64,000 bases of DNA, taken from NCBI GenBank assembly GCA_021776615.1, contig JAJFFO010000023.1, forward strand, positions 1-64,000. The letters run 5' to 3'. Numbering within the stretch: the stretch's first letter is position 1; the number at the start of each line of letters is the position of its first letter. Origin of the DNA: Robiginitomaculum sp. Its GTDB lineage: Bacteria; Pseudomonadota; Alphaproteobacteria; Caulobacterales; Maricaulaceae. The position numbers and the translations under genes were made by a program. Shown here piece after piece: positions 1 through 11,770 of the stretch. The notes under the pieces are model-generated. The model saw only the letters and a program-made list of their open reading frames with translations. It ran no database searches and was not told where the DNA came from.

Positions 1-70
1 TTGCTAATAAAACCGGACTTATCCCCGGAACTTCTCTTTTTGTGCCGTACCGACCCGCTCCCCCTTCGTC

Positions 71-89
71 AACCTCCGGCTTGACCGGA
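71..89 (-). terminator. GC-rich hairpin (cctccgg-cttga-ccggagg) about 65 nt downstream of the ABC-F stop; possible terminator without clear U-tract
   Basis: Perfect 7-bp inverted repeat read directly in the sequence; no T-run follows on the minus strand. Confidence 0.2.
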
Positions 90-153
90 GGATGACGAAA
101 ATGGGGTGGTGGTTTGCCCCACCGTGCCATTCCGGCGAAGAACTGGCCCCCCC

Positions 154-2151
154 TTAATGGTTACGGGCCTCTTCGTAGCGTTCTTGGGCTTCCAGCCATA
201 AATTCTCGACTTCATCAATGCGTTTTAGGGTGCGCGAGCGTTTGACGTTAAAGCTGGTGGCTTGTTCCGGGTCGCGTTCATAAAGTTCAGGCTTGGCGAG
301 GGCGGCATTGATTTGTTCGACGCCGTCGCGCAGGCGCTCCAATTCAGCTTCCAACCGTGCAATATCGCGGCGGATCGGGGCCAGAGATTCGCGCCTCGCC
401 GCTTGGGTTTGGCGTTTTACCTGTCCGGCATGGGCTTTGGCAGGCGAGGCGGCCTTGCGTTCTTTCTCGCCCATTTGGCGGCGATAATCGTCCATATCGC
501 CATCATAGTTTTTCACCGTCCCATCATTCACGATCCACAACCGATCAATGCTGCGTTCAATCAAAAACCGGTCATGGCTGATCAGCAAGACACAGCCTTC
601 ATACGCATCCAGTGCATCGGCCAAAGCGGCGCGGCTATCCATATCTAAATGGTTGGTTGGCTCATCCAAAATCAACAAATGTGGACCTTCAAAGGCGATG
701 AGGTTCAGTAAAAGCCGCGCTTTCTCGCCGCCGGACAAATCACCAACTGCGGTTTCGGCGTGCTCGACCCCAAGGCCAAAGCGGGCCAGCCGCGAACGCC
801 TTTGCCCCTCGGTTGCATCGGGCATAAGCGATATCACATGTTCAAGAGCTGTGGCTGTGGGGTCGAGCACGTCCATTTGGTGCTGGGCAAAATAGGCAAC
901 TTGCATGCGTTTATGGTGCTTTTTGCGCCCGGCCATAACCTCGAGCCGTCCGGCCAGTAATTTGGCAAATGTGGACTTTCCCTGGCCATTGCGTCCCAAA
1001 AGCGCAATGCGGTCATCGGGGTCGATTGCCAGATTAAGATTGCTCAAAATCGGTTTGCCCGGCTCATAACCAACGGCGGCGTCTTCGAGGCGGATCATTG
1101 GCGGGGCCAAAGGCCGCTTTGGTCCGGGCAAGTCAAACGGGGCCACGGGGTTTTCAACAATGGTGGCGATCGGCTGCATTTTTTCCAGCCGCTTGACCCG
1201 GCTTTGCGCCTGACGTGCTTTGGACGCTTTATAACGAAAGCGATCGACAAAAGCTTGCAAGCGGCGGCGCTCTTCGTCCTGCTTGCCGCGCATGGCCATG
1301 TCCAGCCTTTGGCGTTCGGCCATTTGTTTCTCGAAGGAATCGTAACCGCCTTCGTAAAGGGTGATTTTGCCTTCATTTAAATGGGCGATTTGGTGGACGG
1401 CGGTGTTCAGCAAATCGCGGTCATGAGAAATGATCATTGCCGCGCCGGGATAACGCTTGAGGTGGGTTTCCAGCCATATGGCACCCTCCAGATCCAGATA
1501 GTTGGTCGGCTCATCCAGCAGCAGCAGGTCGGGCGTGGCAAACAACATGGCGGCGAGGGCGGCGCGCATCCGCCAACCGCCGGAGAAATTGGAACATGGT
1601 TGGGTTTGTTCTTCGCCGGAAAAGCCGAGACCATGGAGAATGGACCCGGCGCGGGCTTCGGCAGAATAGGCACCAATGTCGGCCAAGCGGGTTTGTATTT
1701 CAGCAATTTTGTGTGGATCGGTCTCGGTTTCGGCATCCCTTAACAGGTTTGCTCTTTCGATGTCGGCGCTCAGCACAAAGTCCATAATGCTTTGCGGGCC
1801 GCCGGGGGCCTCCTGATCGACCGCGCCGAGCCGTGCGCCTTTACGCAATCGCGTTTCGCCGGAAACGGCTTCCATTTCGCCTTTGATAATGCGCAGTAAG
1901 GTCGATTTGCCGGTGCCATTGCGCCCAACCAGCCCCACGCGGGTACGTGGCAGCACGGCAAAGCTGGAATTATTGATAAGAAGTCGCCCTTCAACACGGC
2001 AAACCAGATTGTTTATGTGAAGCATTGCGGGTCCTGTACGAATGGTTTGGGCGAAGGGCGTAGATGAATGACCAAAGTGAATGGCCAAAATGAAGGAATT
2101 GGAGGGGATATAGCGGCAATGTGGGCGCAGATAAAAGCGAAAGCTGCACAC
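154..2151 (-). CDS. ABC-F family ATPase (two tandem ABC ATP-binding cassettes, no TM domain, C-terminal coiled coil; Uup/EttA-like)
   Basis: Two Walker A motifs (GRNGTGKST, GRNGQGKST) and two ABC signature LSGG motifs in 665 aa; charged coiled-coil C-terminus. Confidence 0.85.
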   Translation of the reverse strand: MCSFRFYLRPHCRYIPSNSFILAIHFGHSSTPFAQTIRTGPAMLHINNLVCRVEGRLLINNSSFAVLPRTRVGLVGRNGTGKSTLLRIIKGEMEAVSGETRLRKGARLGAVDQEAPGGPQSIMDFVLSADIERANLLRDAETETDPHKIAEIQTRLADIGAYSAEARAGSILHGLGFSGEEQTQPCSNFSGGWRMRAALAAMLFATPDLLLLDEPTNYLDLEGAIWLETHLKRYPGAAMIISHDRDLLNTAVHQIAHLNEGKITLYEGGYDSFEKQMAERQRLDMAMRGKQDEERRRLQAFVDRFRYKASKARQAQSRVKRLEKMQPIATIVENPVAPFDLPGPKRPLAPPMIRLEDAAVGYEPGKPILSNLNLAIDPDDRIALLGRNGQGKSTFAKLLAGRLEVMAGRKKHHKRMQVAYFAQHQMDVLDPTATALEHVISLMPDATEGQRRSRLARFGLGVEHAETAVGDLSGGEKARLLLNLIAFEGPHLLILDEPTNHLDMDSRAALADALDAYEGCVLLISHDRFLIERSIDRLWIVNDGTVKNYDGDMDDYRRQMGEKERKAASPAKAHAGQVKRQTQAARRESLAPIRRDIARLEAELERLRDGVEQINAALAKPELYERDPEQATSFNVKRSRTLKRIDEVENLWLEAQERYEEARNH

Positions 2152-2235
2152 GGGGGCGGTAATGGGCCTTCACAGCGCCATGGTGCGCTGCTATAGGCGC
2201 GCCGAATAAGAATTTTTGTTTTAGGAAACTCCCCA

Positions 2236-2658
2236 ATGGCCATTCAACGTACATTCTCGATTATCAAACCAGACGCCACCGCCCGTAACCTCACTGGCGC
2301 TATCAACGCCAAAATTGAAGAAGCCGGTTTGCGCATTATTGCGCAAAAGCGCATTCAGTTGTCGCAAGCTCAGGCCGAAGGGTTTTACGCGGTCCATAAA
2401 GCGCGCCCGTTTTTTGCTGATCTGGTTGCTTTCATGATCTCCGGCCCGGTTGTGGTTCAGGCGTTGGAAGGCGAAGATGCGATTGCCAAATACCGTGAAG
2501 TTATGGGCGCTACCAATCCTGCCGATGCGGCACCGGGCACTATTCGCAAAGAGTTTGCGCAAAGCATTGAAGCCAATTCCGTGCACGGCTCTGACGCCCC
2601 GGAAACCGCCGCCGAAGAAATCCCATATTTCTTCAGCGCTGACGAAATCGTCGGCTAA
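2236..2658 (+). CDS. ndk: nucleoside diphosphate kinase
   Basis: 140 aa, N-terminal [11 protein letters not shown]-like motif, NGSD and active-site His region characteristic of NDK. Confidence 0.93.
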   Translation: MAIQRTFSIIKPDATARNLTGAINAKIEEAGLRIIAQKRIQLSQAQAEGFYAVHKARPFFADLVAFMISGPVVVQALEGEDAIAKYREVMGATNPADAAPGTIRKEFAQSIEANSVHGSDAPETAAEEIPYFFSADEIVG

Positions 2659-2667
2659 GATTTACCC

Positions 2668-3693
2668 TTAACCCCAAGGCCCCTGATCTGGCGGCGCGAT
2701 TTTCTGAGGTTCTTGATAGGGACCGGGATCGCGCCCGCCCATCATGACTAAGGCTTCCAGGCGTTTATCCATTGGCGGGTGGGTGGAAAATAAACCACCT
2801 AATCCGCCACTGGCCGCCGGGTTTTCAATAAACATTGATTTAATGTCCCGCGGGGCATTTTTCAGATCGGCATTGGCCGATATTTTGCGCAAGGCGCTGA
2901 TCATGGCGTCGGGATTGCGAGTTAGATCAACCGCGCCAGCGTCGGCCAAAAATTCGCGTCGTCGCGACAAGGCAAAGCGCACCATAACCGCCAATGCCCA
3001 CGAAACCCCGATAATAGCGAAGGCGATTAACACCAAAACACCGGCATTGCCGCCGCCGGAGCGCCGGTGCCGATCATTGCGGCCAAGATTCATATAAAAA
3101 ATATTGCGAAAAATAATCTCGCCAACGAATGAAAAAATACCGACAAAAATAATAGATATGACCAATAGCCGCACATCGCGATTGCGAATATGGGTGAGCT
3201 CATGGCCCATCACCGCTTGCAATTCGGCCTCGTCCAGCGCTTCAATCAGGCCGGTGGTCAGCGTCACCGACATTTTGCCTGCCCGCAATCCGCTGGCATA
3301 GGCATTGCGCACCGGCGTGTCGATCAGGCGCAAAGTGGGCATGGTCATGCCGCGCGAAATACACAGATTTTCAAGAAGATTATAAAGCTGGGGATTGTCG
3401 GTGCGGCTAATCGGTTTTGCCCCGGTGGCAGCGTCAATAATACTTTGATGGGCCAGCCAGGCAATGGCAAACCAGATGGCCGCCCCGATAAAGGCGAAGG
3501 GTAAGAACCCGGGCAGGGAATAGAAGGCCTGTGTCAGCGCCAGATCAACCCGATCGCCGCCTTCGCTCATGGCCAGGAACAGGACGTTCAGCCCATAAAG
3601 AAGGATAAGCAACAAAAATGGAAACCCGGCCAGCAAAGCGGCGGATTTCCAATTATTGCTCCAAATCTGTGTGCGTAGGCCGTAGGCGCCCAT
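2668..3693 (-). CDS. M48 family zinc metalloprotease (HtpX-like), membrane-embedded
   Basis: HELTH (HExxH) motif with hydrophobic TM segments before and after; immediately downstream of lemA in the same orientation. Confidence 0.75.
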   Translation of the reverse strand: MGAYGLRTQIWSNNWKSAALLAGFPFLLLILLYGLNVLFLAMSEGGDRVDLALTQAFYSLPGFLPFAFIGAAIWFAIAWLAHQSIIDAATGAKPISRTDNPQLYNLLENLCISRGMTMPTLRLIDTPVRNAYASGLRAGKMSVTLTTGLIEALDEAELQAVMGHELTHIRNRDVRLLVISIIFVGIFSFVGEIIFRNIFYMNLGRNDRHRRSGGGNAGVLVLIAFAIIGVSWALAVMVRFALSRRREFLADAGAVDLTRNPDAMISALRKISANADLKNAPRDIKSMFIENPAASGGLGGLFSTHPPMDKRLEALVMMGGRDPGPYQEPQKIAPPDQGPWG

Positions 3694-3713
3694 ATGGGCC
3701 TCTTAAACCAGTT

Positions 3714-4268
3714 CTAGAACTTTACCGATGGTGGGGTGCTAACCGCAGCGCGCTCACTCGCGGCCACTTCGAAGAAATCACGGTGCGAAAAGCCAAACTG
3801 TTTGGCCAGCATAACCGCCGGGAATTGCTCCTGCGCGGTGTTATATTCGGCAACCGCATTATTGTAGAAGCGCCGGGCCGCCGCGATTTTGTTCTCGACA
3901 TCCGAAATTTCGGCCTGCAATTGCAAGAAGTTAGTGTTGGCTTTGAGGTCGGGATAGGCCTCGGCCAGCGCAAACAGGCTTTTTAGGGCGCCGGTGAGCA
4001 TATTTTCGGCTGCCGCCTGATCAGTAACATTGCCAGCACTCATCGCCGCATTGCGGGCGCTGACCACGGCTTCCAACGTATCTTTTTCGTGCTTGGCATA
4101 ACCTTTGACGGTATTCACCAGATTGGGGATCAGGTCATAGCGCTGTTTGAGTTGCACATCGATATCGGACCAGGCCTGATTGCCGGTTTGCCGCAGCGCC
4201 ACCAATTTATTGTAGATGGCAATTAAAAACAGGCCAAGGACGACGACAATGCCGAGCAGAATAAACAT
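3714..4268 (-). CDS. lemA: LemA family membrane protein
   Basis: N-terminal TM helix followed by the conserved LemA core (QAWSDIDVQLKQRYDLIPNLV, FYNNAV). Confidence 0.85.
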   Translation of the reverse strand: MFILLGIVVVLGLFLIAIYNKLVALRQTGNQAWSDIDVQLKQRYDLIPNLVNTVKGYAKHEKDTLEAVVSARNAAMSAGNVTDQAAAENMLTGALKSLFALAEAYPDLKANTNFLQLQAEISDVENKIAAARRFYNNAVAEYNTAQEQFPAVMLAKQFGFSHRDFFEVAASERAAVSTPPSVKF

Positions 4269-4321
4269 GCTAATTCTCCATAAATATTTGAGTCATTCTT
4301 ACCGAAGGAATTGGGATTATC

Positions 4322-6556
4322 CTAATGTTTTTTTGGCGAAAATAAGCCCGAACGGGGGAAGCCGCGCGGGGCCATGCGGCCCGCTTGCGCACGCTTGCCC
4401 AGCCAATCACGCCAATCCTTGCACGTCATGCTGCGCCCGCCGGCATCGGTCCAGCTTAGCCCGTCTTCCCCATTAAAGGTCATGGCATCGGCCAAGCCAC
4501 CACCTTTATAGCTTTGTAATTTAACGCCCTTTCCTCGTGCCATCTGGTTTATTTCGGCTGCCGGGTAGCACAGCATTTTGCGATTTTCGCCGATCACTGC
4601 CACATGATCGCCGGCCATCCGGGTGCAGACTATGGCCTCAATCGCGCCGCTGACATTAAGCACCTGCTTGCCGCCTTTGGTCAGCGCGATCATGGCGTCT
4701 TCTTGCACCACAAAGCCATGGCCGGAGGTGGCGGCAACCAGCAGCTTCGCCGCCGGGTCATGGACGAATAGCGCAATCGGGGTATGGCTTTCATCAAGAT
4801 CAATCGCTAAACGGATCGGGTCGCCATGGCCGCGCCCACCGGGCAGCTTGTCGCAAAGCAAGGTGTAGGCCTTGCCGTTGGACGCGAACAAAACCAGTTT
4901 GTCCGTGCTTTGCACCGGCACCACAAAGGCGGCGCTGTCATCTTCTTTAAAACGAATGTCGGCCAAATCCATGCCATGACCCTTGAGCGCGCGGATCCAG
5001 CCCTTTTCTGACAACACAATGGTCAGTGGCTCTTTAACGACCATGGCTTCGAGCACCGCGCTGCGGTCTTGCGGAACAATGTCGGCAAAGTCACTGCGGC
5101 GCGCGCCACCGGCAGATTTTGGTCCTAATTGCGCCTTGGCGTCTTTTATCTGGCCGCTAATGGCGCTCCATTGTTGGCTTTCATCGGCCAGTAAGGCGTC
5201 CAGATTGGCTTGTTCGGCACGCAAGGCGTCGTCTTCCTGACGCAACTCAATTTCTTCAAGTTTGCGCAAAGAGCGAAGGCGCATATTAAGAATGGCTTCG
5301 GCCTGTATCTCGCTAAGTTTAAAAGCGGCAATAAGCGCCGCTTTGGGGTGATCCTCCTCGCGGATGATGCGGATGACCTCATCAAGATTAAGAAAGGCGA
5401 TGATGTAGCCCGATAGCACTTCAAGCCGATTGGCAATTTTCCCAAGCCGGGCGCTGGTGCGCCGTTGTAACACTTCGCGCCGATGATCCAGCCATGCCTG
5501 CAAGGTTTCGCGCAAGGAGAGTACGCCCGGCGTGCCATCGGCGCCCAGCACATTGAGGTTGAGCGGGATGCGCACTTCCAAATCGCTCAGGGCAAACAGC
5601 GATTCCATAAACACCTGCGGATCTATGGTGCGGCTGCGCGGCTCCAATACCACCCTTACGTCTTCCGCAGATTCGTCCCGTACATCGCCCAGCAGCGGCA
5701 ATTTCTTGGTTTCGATCAGCGCCGCGAGTTTTTCAATAAGCTTGGCTTTTTGAACCTGATAGGGAATTTCGGTGATGACAATTTGCCATTGCCCGCGGGG
5801 CAAGTCTTCGATTTCCCAGCGCGAACGCAAACGAAAGCCGCCGCGACCAGTGGCATAGCTTTCCGCCATCGCTTCTTTTGGCTCGACAATAATGCCGCCC
5901 GTGGGAAAATCCGGCCCCGGTACATATTTCATCAGCGTATCAATGCTGGCTTTGGGGTGTTTGATCAAATGGTTGGCGGCGTCCAGCAGCTCGGCAGCAT
6001 TGTGCGGCGGGATCGAGGTCGCCATGCCCACCGCAATGCCATTGGCGCCATTGGCCAGAAGATTGGGATAGCCTGCGGGCAGCACCACAGGCTCGTCGTC
6101 CTCGCCGGAATAGGTGGTGCGAAAATCTACGGTGTCTTCGGCAATGCCTTCGAGCAAAAGCCGGGCAGCAATGGTCAGGCGCGATTCGGTATAACGCATG
6201 GCCGCCGCTGAATCGCCATCAACATTGCCAAAATTACCTTGCCCATCCACCAAAGGGTAACGCTGGGCAAAATTTTGCGCCAACCGTACCAGCGCATCAT
6301 AGACGGCCTGATCGCCATGGGGGTGAAACCGGCCAATCACATCGCCGACAACGCGCGCGCATTTTTTAAAGCCTGATTGCGGATCAAGTTTTAACTCGCG
6401 CATGGCGAATAATATCCGCCGATGCACCGGTTTCAGCCCATCGCGAACGTCGGGTAGCGCCCGCTGGGTAATGGTGGAAAGGGAATATGCCAGATAACGG
6501 CTGGAGAGCGCGTCATCAATGGGTTCGTCGAGAATAAGCCCCTCGGGCGCTTTCAT
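4322..6556 (-). CDS. parC: DNA topoisomerase IV subunit A
   Basis: Type IIA topoisomerase A-subunit N-terminus ([17 protein letters not shown], active-site Tyr region); 744 aa is too short for GyrA, typical for alphaproteobacterial ParC. Confidence 0.85.
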   Translation of the reverse strand: MKAPEGLILDEPIDDALSSRYLAYSLSTITQRALPDVRDGLKPVHRRILFAMRELKLDPQSGFKKCARVVGDVIGRFHPHGDQAVYDALVRLAQNFAQRYPLVDGQGNFGNVDGDSAAAMRYTESRLTIAARLLLEGIAEDTVDFRTTYSGEDDEPVVLPAGYPNLLANGANGIAVGMATSIPPHNAAELLDAANHLIKHPKASIDTLMKYVPGPDFPTGGIIVEPKEAMAESYATGRGGFRLRSRWEIEDLPRGQWQIVITEIPYQVQKAKLIEKLAALIETKKLPLLGDVRDESAEDVRVVLEPRSRTIDPQVFMESLFALSDLEVRIPLNLNVLGADGTPGVLSLRETLQAWLDHRREVLQRRTSARLGKIANRLEVLSGYIIAFLNLDEVIRIIREEDHPKAALIAAFKLSEIQAEAILNMRLRSLRKLEEIELRQEDDALRAEQANLDALLADESQQWSAISGQIKDAKAQLGPKSAGGARRSDFADIVPQDRSAVLEAMVVKEPLTIVLSEKGWIRALKGHGMDLADIRFKEDDSAAFVVPVQSTDKLVLFASNGKAYTLLCDKLPGGRGHGDPIRLAIDLDESHTPIALFVHDPAAKLLVAATSGHGFVVQEDAMIALTKGGKQVLNVSGAIEAIVCTRMAGDHVAVIGENRKMLCYPAAEINQMARGKGVKLQSYKGGGLADAMTFNGEDGLSWTDAGGRSMTCKDWRDWLGKRAQAGRMAPRGFPRSGLFSPKKH

Positions 6557-6627
6557 GGCCAGACCTCATGCCGAATCAAATGTCCAGCGAAGTATAGGCC
6601 CGGCAAAGGCAGTTTGGGCAGAGAGGT

Positions 6628-7182
6628 TCAGAGCTTCCACACGGCCGAATCAGTTTGGTCCTGCGAAACCGGTGCGCGGTGACGCGATACCGCCGCCACA
6701 GTTTGCGCGACCTTTGGGCTTGGTGCTGTCGGCGCGGCGGGTTGTGGCTTGGTCTTGGCTTTGGGTTGTAAATAAACCATGCGACCAGCCTTATTGCGCA
6801 CCATTTCACGATCATCATTATGGGCAAATGCTATTTTTTTGATCAATTCGCGCGGCACCACCGGTTTAACCAAAAACTGGGTTGCGCCCTTTTTCATGGC
6901 TTCAACCAGAATGTCGCGAGAACCAAAGCCGGTAACGATTATGATCGGCATACGCGCTATGGCGTCATCCTTATGGCTGCGAATGCGGTCCAGGAAGACA
7001 CTGCCGTCGGCGGCGGCCATTTTCCAGTCGCACAGCACCATTGAAGGGCGCTGGTTTTCAATGCCAAGGCAGGCCTGGTTTACCCCCTCATAGGGGCGTA
7101 CTGAATAGCAGCCGAGATCGCGCAATAGGCCAGCCATTAAGGACCGAATGAGTTTCGAGTCGTCAATAACCACAACGTCCAT
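6628..7182 (-). CDS. single-domain response regulator (CheY-like receiver) with about 70-aa Pro/Ala/Lys-rich disordered C-terminal tail
   Basis: Receiver motifs (DD acidic pocket, conserved phospho-Asp in MVLCDWKM, IIVTG, K in FLVKP); no output domain; start trimmed to MDVVVIDD. Confidence 0.75.
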   Translation of the reverse strand: MDVVVIDDSKLIRSLMAGLLRDLGCYSVRPYEGVNQACLGIENQRPSMVLCDWKMAAADGSVFLDRIRSHKDDAIARMPIIIVTGFGSRDILVEAMKKGATQFLVKPVVPRELIKKIAFAHNDDREMVRNKAGRMVYLQPKAKTKPQPAAPTAPSPKVAQTVAAVSRHRAPVSQDQTDSAVWKL

Positions 7183-7292
7183 ACGTTTTATGGTGTCAGA
7201 TGAGAACAATATATACCCCGAATAAGCTAAATTTGCTTAGTACGGTGAAAAGTCTAATCCCGAGAAGTTAAGAGTTCGCATACGGCAAAAAA

Positions 7293-7306
7293 TATATTCG
7301 CGAATA
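7293..7306. promoter_or_regulatory. perfect 14-bp palindrome atattcgcgaatat in the nrdJ upstream region; candidate operator (NrdR-like or other)
   Basis: Palindrome read in the sequence about 155 nt upstream of the nrdJ start; a second AT-rich motif aacaatatatac lies at 7205-7216. Confidence 0.3.
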
Positions 7307-7461
7307 TGTAAAATTATTTTTTAATGCGGCGTGTTGTCGCATCAGTGTGGCAAATGAACAATGTGGTTGCCTGCGGATAGCGACTCCCCCGAGTATGTAC
7401 GGGCACTGTCGCGTGATCAAATTTCTATGGCTTCTTCTGCAAGCCGGTTTGGGAGCCAAAA

Positions 7462-10400
7462 ATGAAAATTAGCCGCCATTATACTGACACTAAATCAGGG
7501 CCTTATGACGGTATCGCTTTTAACAAAATTCGCAGTGAAATTCGTAATCCTGATGGCAGCGCTATTTTTGAAGCGGATGATATTGAAGCGCCAGACGGCT
7601 GGAGCCAGGTGGCCATCGACATTTTGGCGCAAAAATACCTGCGTCAGGCTGGTGTGCCTTCGAAGTCGCGAAGTGTGGATGAAGACGGCGTGCCAAAATG
7701 GTTGCGCCGCAAAATGCCGACAAAAACCGCCACGATGGGGGCGGAAACCAGCGTGCGGCAGGTTTTTGATCGGATGGCCGGGGCCTGGACCTATTGGGGC
7801 TGGAAACTTGGCTATTTCACCGCAGAAACTGATGCCAAGGCATTTTTTGACGAGTTGCGCTTTATGCTGGTGACGCAAATGGCGGCACCAAATTCGCCGC
7901 AATGGTTTAATACCGGTCTGCATTGGGCCTATGGACTGACCGGCCCGGCGCAGGGGCATTATTATGTCGATCAAAAAACCGGCAAGGCAGAGCGCTCGAA
8001 AAATGCCTATGAGCACCCACAACCCCACGCCTGTTTTATCCAAAGCCTGAATGACGATTTGGTCAATGAGGGCGGGATTATGGATTTGTGGGCGCGCGAA
8101 ACCCGCATTTTCAAATTTGGCTCCGGTTCCGGCACCAATTTTTCAACTTTGCGCGGCGCTGGCGAACCGTTATCCGGCGGCGGTGTCTCTTCCGGGCTGA
8201 TGAGTTTTTTGAAAGTCGGCGATCGGGCGGCGGGCGCGGTAAAATCCGGTGGTACCACGCGGCGCGCCGCCAAAATGGTCATTGTCGATGCTGACCATCC
8301 GGATATTGAGGAATTTGTCGATTGGAAGCGCCACGAGGAAGCCAAAGTGGCGGCGCTGGTAACTGGCACCAAAGTGCTCAAACAGCGCCTTGAAGCGGTT
8401 ATCAAAGCCTGCGTGCAATGTTCTGGTGATGAAGAGGATTGTTTCGACCCGGCTAAAAACGCGGCACTGTTGCGCGAAATCCGCCGCGCCCGCCGCGATG
8501 GGGTGCCGGATGGCGCGATCGATCAGGTCTTGCGCCTCGCCCGCCTCGGCATTGACGAGTTGGATATGGCGGTGCTCGACGCCGATTGGGATTCTGAAGC
8601 CTATCAAACCGTATCCGGGCAAAATGCCAATAATAGCGTGCGGGTTACCGATGGTTTCATGCGCGCCGTCGACGAGGATGGCGATTGGGATTTAAAGCGT
8701 CGCATTGACGGGCAAACCCATAAAACCATTGGCGCCCGCGGCCTTTGGCACAAAATTGCCCGCGCCGGCTGGTCTTGCGCTGACCCCGGCGTGCAATTTC
8801 ACGACACCATTAATGCGTGGAATACTTGCGGCGACACCGAAGAAATTCGCGGCTCCAACCCGTGTTCGGAATATATGTTTTTAGATGATACGGCGTGCAA
8901 TCTGGCCTCGCTCAATTTGAAAAAATTCCTGCGTGCTGATGGTCAATTTGACATTGAGAGCTTTGAACACGCCTGCCGCTTGTGGACATTGGTGTTGGAA
9001 ATTTCGGTGGCCATGGCGCAATATCCGTCAAAAGCCATTGCCCAGCGCTCCCATGATTATCGCACTTTGGGCTTGGGGTTTGCCAATTTGGGCGGGCTGT
9101 TAATGTCATCCGGGCAGGCTTATGATTCCGAGGCCGGACGGTCCAGCGCCGCCGCCATTAGCGCCTTGATGACCGGCATTGCCTATAAAACGTCAGCCGA
9201 AATTGCCGCTGAACTTGGCCCGTTTGCTAAATATGCCGATAACGAAAATTCAATGCTTAAGGTGGTGCACAACCACGCGCTGGCGGCCAAGGGGACGGCG
9301 GATGTGGCCGCTTATACCGGGTTGGCTATGTCGCCTTTGCCGCTGTTGACGCAGGAATGCCTGTTTGACGGGCTTGGTGAAAGCGCGGCAGCAGCGTGGG
9401 AAGCGGCGCTGCAAAGTGGTAAAGAACATGGCTTTCGCAACGCGCAGGTCAGTGTTGTCGCGCCAACGGGCACCATTGGTCTGGTCATGGATTGCGACAC
9501 CACCGGCATTGAGCCGGACTTTTCCTTGATCAAATACAAAAAACTGGCTGGCGGCGGCTATTTCAAGATTATCAACCAATCGGTACCGGCGGCGTTGACG
9601 GCGCTGGGCTATGATGACGCGCAAATTGCCCAAATATGCGCGTATGCGACGGGCAAAAGTACGCTGGAAGGCGCGCCGGAAATTAATTGGGGGACCCTTA
9701 AGGCCAAAGGCTTTACCGATTTTGAACGTAAAAAAATCGAAGATGCTCTCAAGGATGCTTTTGATTTACGCTTCGTCTTCACCCGCTGGTCATTGGGCGA
9801 TGGGTTTTGCCGCGATGGTCTGGGGCTGAGCAAGGAGCAATTGGATGATCCGGCGTTGGACCTGTTGCAGGCCATCGGCTTTACCCCGGCGCAGATTGAA
9901 GCGGCGAATGTATATTGTTGCGGGGCGATGACCGTTGAGGGCGCGCCATATCTGCAAGCGGAACATTTGCCAGTGTTTGATTGTGCGACGCCGTGCGGAC
10001 GTACCGGCAAGCGCTATTTGTCGGCGCAGGCGCATTTGCACATGATGGCGGCAGCGCAGCCATTTATCTGCGGCGCGATATCCAAAACCATAAATATGCC
10101 GGTTGATGCCAGCATTGAAGATTGCGCCAGCGCCTATCATGAAGCGTGGGCATTAGGCCTTAAAGCTGTGGCTTTGTATCGCGATGGCTCCAAATTGTCG
10201 CAACCGCTTAATTCCAGCCTGTTTTCGGACAATGATCTGGATGCGTTGGAAGATGCTGTCTCGGCACCGTCGAGCGAGAAGGCGAGGGTGCTTGCCGAAC
10301 GGGTGGTGGAAAAAGTCATTGAACGCGTTGTTGAAGCACCGGCCAAGCGCCATCGTCTGCCAGATCGCCGCAAGGGCTATATCCAAAAATCCACCGTTGG

Positions 10401-11139
10401 CGGGCATAAGGTGTATTTGCACACTGGCGAGTTTGATGACGGCACTCTTGGTGAAATTTTCCTTGATATGCACAAGGAAGGCGCGGCATTTCGTAGTTTG
10501 ATGAATAATTTCGCTATCGCCATCTCCATAGGCTTGCAATATGGCGTGCCGCTGGAAGAGTTTGTCGATGCCTATGTGTTTACCCGTTTTGAACCTGCGG
10601 GACCGGTAACCGGCAATGATTCCATCAAAAACGCGACCTCGATTTTGGACTATATCTTCCGCGAATTGGCGGTTTCCTATCTTGGTCGTGATGATCTGGC
10701 CCATGTAATTCCGGGCGCTGGGTCCGATGGTTTGGGCAAGGGCGTTTCGGCCGATAAGGCACATCAAGAAGACCATGTAAGTAATTATATTTCTAAAGGT
10801 TTTGCTCGCGGTAATATGCCAGAAAATGTAGTTATGCTGGGGGCGCATTTGCAACACGACGCCCATGATGAGGCCAATACCGAGCAAAGCCAGGGTGGAG
10901 CAGAGCAAGAAGAAACAATTGCCCAACTGGACAGTGAGGATATGGCCCAGGAAAGCGGGGCGCTGGGCCGCATCGCGTCATCCACCCGGCCACCCGGCTT
11001 CATGCCTGATGTGCGTCGCCAATCCCAGGCGCGCGGCTATACCGGTGATGCCTGTCATGATTGCGGGCACTTCACTTTAGTGCGCAATGGCACGTGTTTG
11101 AAATGCGACGTATGCGGGACAACCACCGGCTGTTCATAA
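7462..11139 (+). CDS. nrdJ: class II (adenosylcobalamin-dependent) ribonucleoside-diphosphate reductase, long alphaproteobacterial form with C-terminal Zn-ribbon
   Basis: 1225 aa; RNR catalytic core motifs (NPCSEY, active-site Cys region), B12-dependent class II architecture, terminal CHDCGHF...CLKCDVCG zinc ribbon. Confidence 0.9.
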   Translation: MKISRHYTDTKSGPYDGIAFNKIRSEIRNPDGSAIFEADDIEAPDGWSQVAIDILAQKYLRQAGVPSKSRSVDEDGVPKWLRRKMPTKTATMGAETSVRQVFDRMAGAWTYWGWKLGYFTAETDAKAFFDELRFMLVTQMAAPNSPQWFNTGLHWAYGLTGPAQGHYYVDQKTGKAERSKNAYEHPQPHACFIQSLNDDLVNEGGIMDLWARETRIFKFGSGSGTNFSTLRGAGEPLSGGGVSSGLMSFLKVGDRAAGAVKSGGTTRRAAKMVIVDADHPDIEEFVDWKRHEEAKVAALVTGTKVLKQRLEAVIKACVQCSGDEEDCFDPAKNAALLREIRRARRDGVPDGAIDQVLRLARLGIDELDMAVLDADWDSEAYQTVSGQNANNSVRVTDGFMRAVDEDGDWDLKRRIDGQTHKTIGARGLWHKIARAGWSCADPGVQFHDTINAWNTCGDTEEIRGSNPCSEYMFLDDTACNLASLNLKKFLRADGQFDIESFEHACRLWTLVLEISVAMAQYPSKAIAQRSHDYRTLGLGFANLGGLLMSSGQAYDSEAGRSSAAAISALMTGIAYKTSAEIAAELGPFAKYADNENSMLKVVHNHALAAKGTADVAAYTGLAMSPLPLLTQECLFDGLGESAAAAWEAALQSGKEHGFRNAQVSVVAPTGTIGLVMDCDTTGIEPDFSLIKYKKLAGGGYFKIINQSVPAALTALGYDDAQIAQICAYATGKSTLEGAPEINWGTLKAKGFTDFERKKIEDALKDAFDLRFVFTRWSLGDGFCRDGLGLSKEQLDDPALDLLQAIGFTPAQIEAANVYCCGAMTVEGAPYLQAEHLPVFDCATPCGRTGKRYLSAQAHLHMMAAAQPFICGAISKTINMPVDASIEDCASAYHEAWALGLKAVALYRDGSKLSQPLNSSLFSDNDLDALEDAVSAPSSEKARVLAERVVEKVIERVVEAPAKRHRLPDRRKGYIQKSTVGGHKVYLHTGEFDDGTLGEIFLDMHKEGAAFRSLMNNFAIAISIGLQYGVPLEEFVDAYVFTRFEPAGPVTGNDSIKNATSILDYIFRELAVSYLGRDDLAHVIPGAGSDGLGKGVSADKAHQEDHVSNYISKGFARGNMPENVVMLGAHLQHDAHDEANTEQSQGGAEQEETIAQLDSEDMAQESGALGRIASSTRPPGFMPDVRRQSQARGYTGDACHDCGHFTLVRNGTCLKCDVCGTTTGCS

Positions 11140-11194
11140 TATCCTTACGCGTTTGTGCTTTGCTCTTATCAGCACAAGTGACGGGAACGATAAG

Positions 11195-11707
11195 ATGAAT
11201 ATTAAGTTCGCTAATTCTGCCGGTATGGGGTTGATAATGCTGGGGCTGCTTTTCAGTGCCGGGGCGGCAAAAGCACAAGATGCGGCGCAAATCGAAAAAC
11301 TGCGCCAAGGCGGCAAGACCTGTGCACGCTGTAATCTGTTTCAGGCGGATTTGTCCTATCTGGATTTGCCCTATCGCACGTTAAATGGTGCCCGTTTGCG
11401 CCAGGCCGACCTTAGCCTGTCGACTATGAACCATAGCAATTTTGCGGCGGCGGATTTGTCGGTAGCCAATATGTTTGGCGGACGCTTCACCCGCGCCAGC
11501 TTTATCAATGCCAACCTCAGTCAGGCGAATTTGGTCGGGGCCTATGCTGGTTATGCCGATTTTACCGGTGCCGACATAAAAGGTGCCTGTTTTTCCGGCG
11601 CTAACCTTGAAGGCGCACGGATAACCCAAAGCCAGCTTAACACCGCGTGTGGCGATGACAGCACGGTTCTGCCACACGGTATGAGTATTCCAGCTTGTCA
11701 ATTTTAG
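11195..11707 (+). CDS. secreted pentapeptide-repeat protein
   Basis: Signal peptide (MNIKFANSAGMGLIMLGLLFSAGAAKAQ) then repeated A(D/N)LxxA(N/D)L pentapeptide units across the rest of the protein. Confidence 0.75.
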   Translation: MNIKFANSAGMGLIMLGLLFSAGAAKAQDAAQIEKLRQGGKTCARCNLFQADLSYLDLPYRTLNGARLRQADLSLSTMNHSNFAAADLSVANMFGGRFTRASFINANLSQANLVGAYAGYADFTGADIKGACFSGANLEGARITQSQLNTACGDDSTVLPHGMSIPACQF

Positions 11708-11770
11708 GGTGGTTTTAGGCCACACTAGAGATAAAGCACCATAAACAAAGCATGAAAACTATCCCTTTCC

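Noticed and set aside
7183-7461. Cobalamin riboswitch upstream of nrdJ
   Set aside because: NrdJ requires B12 rather than being repressed by it, and no B12-box-like (GCCACTG-type) conserved core was seen
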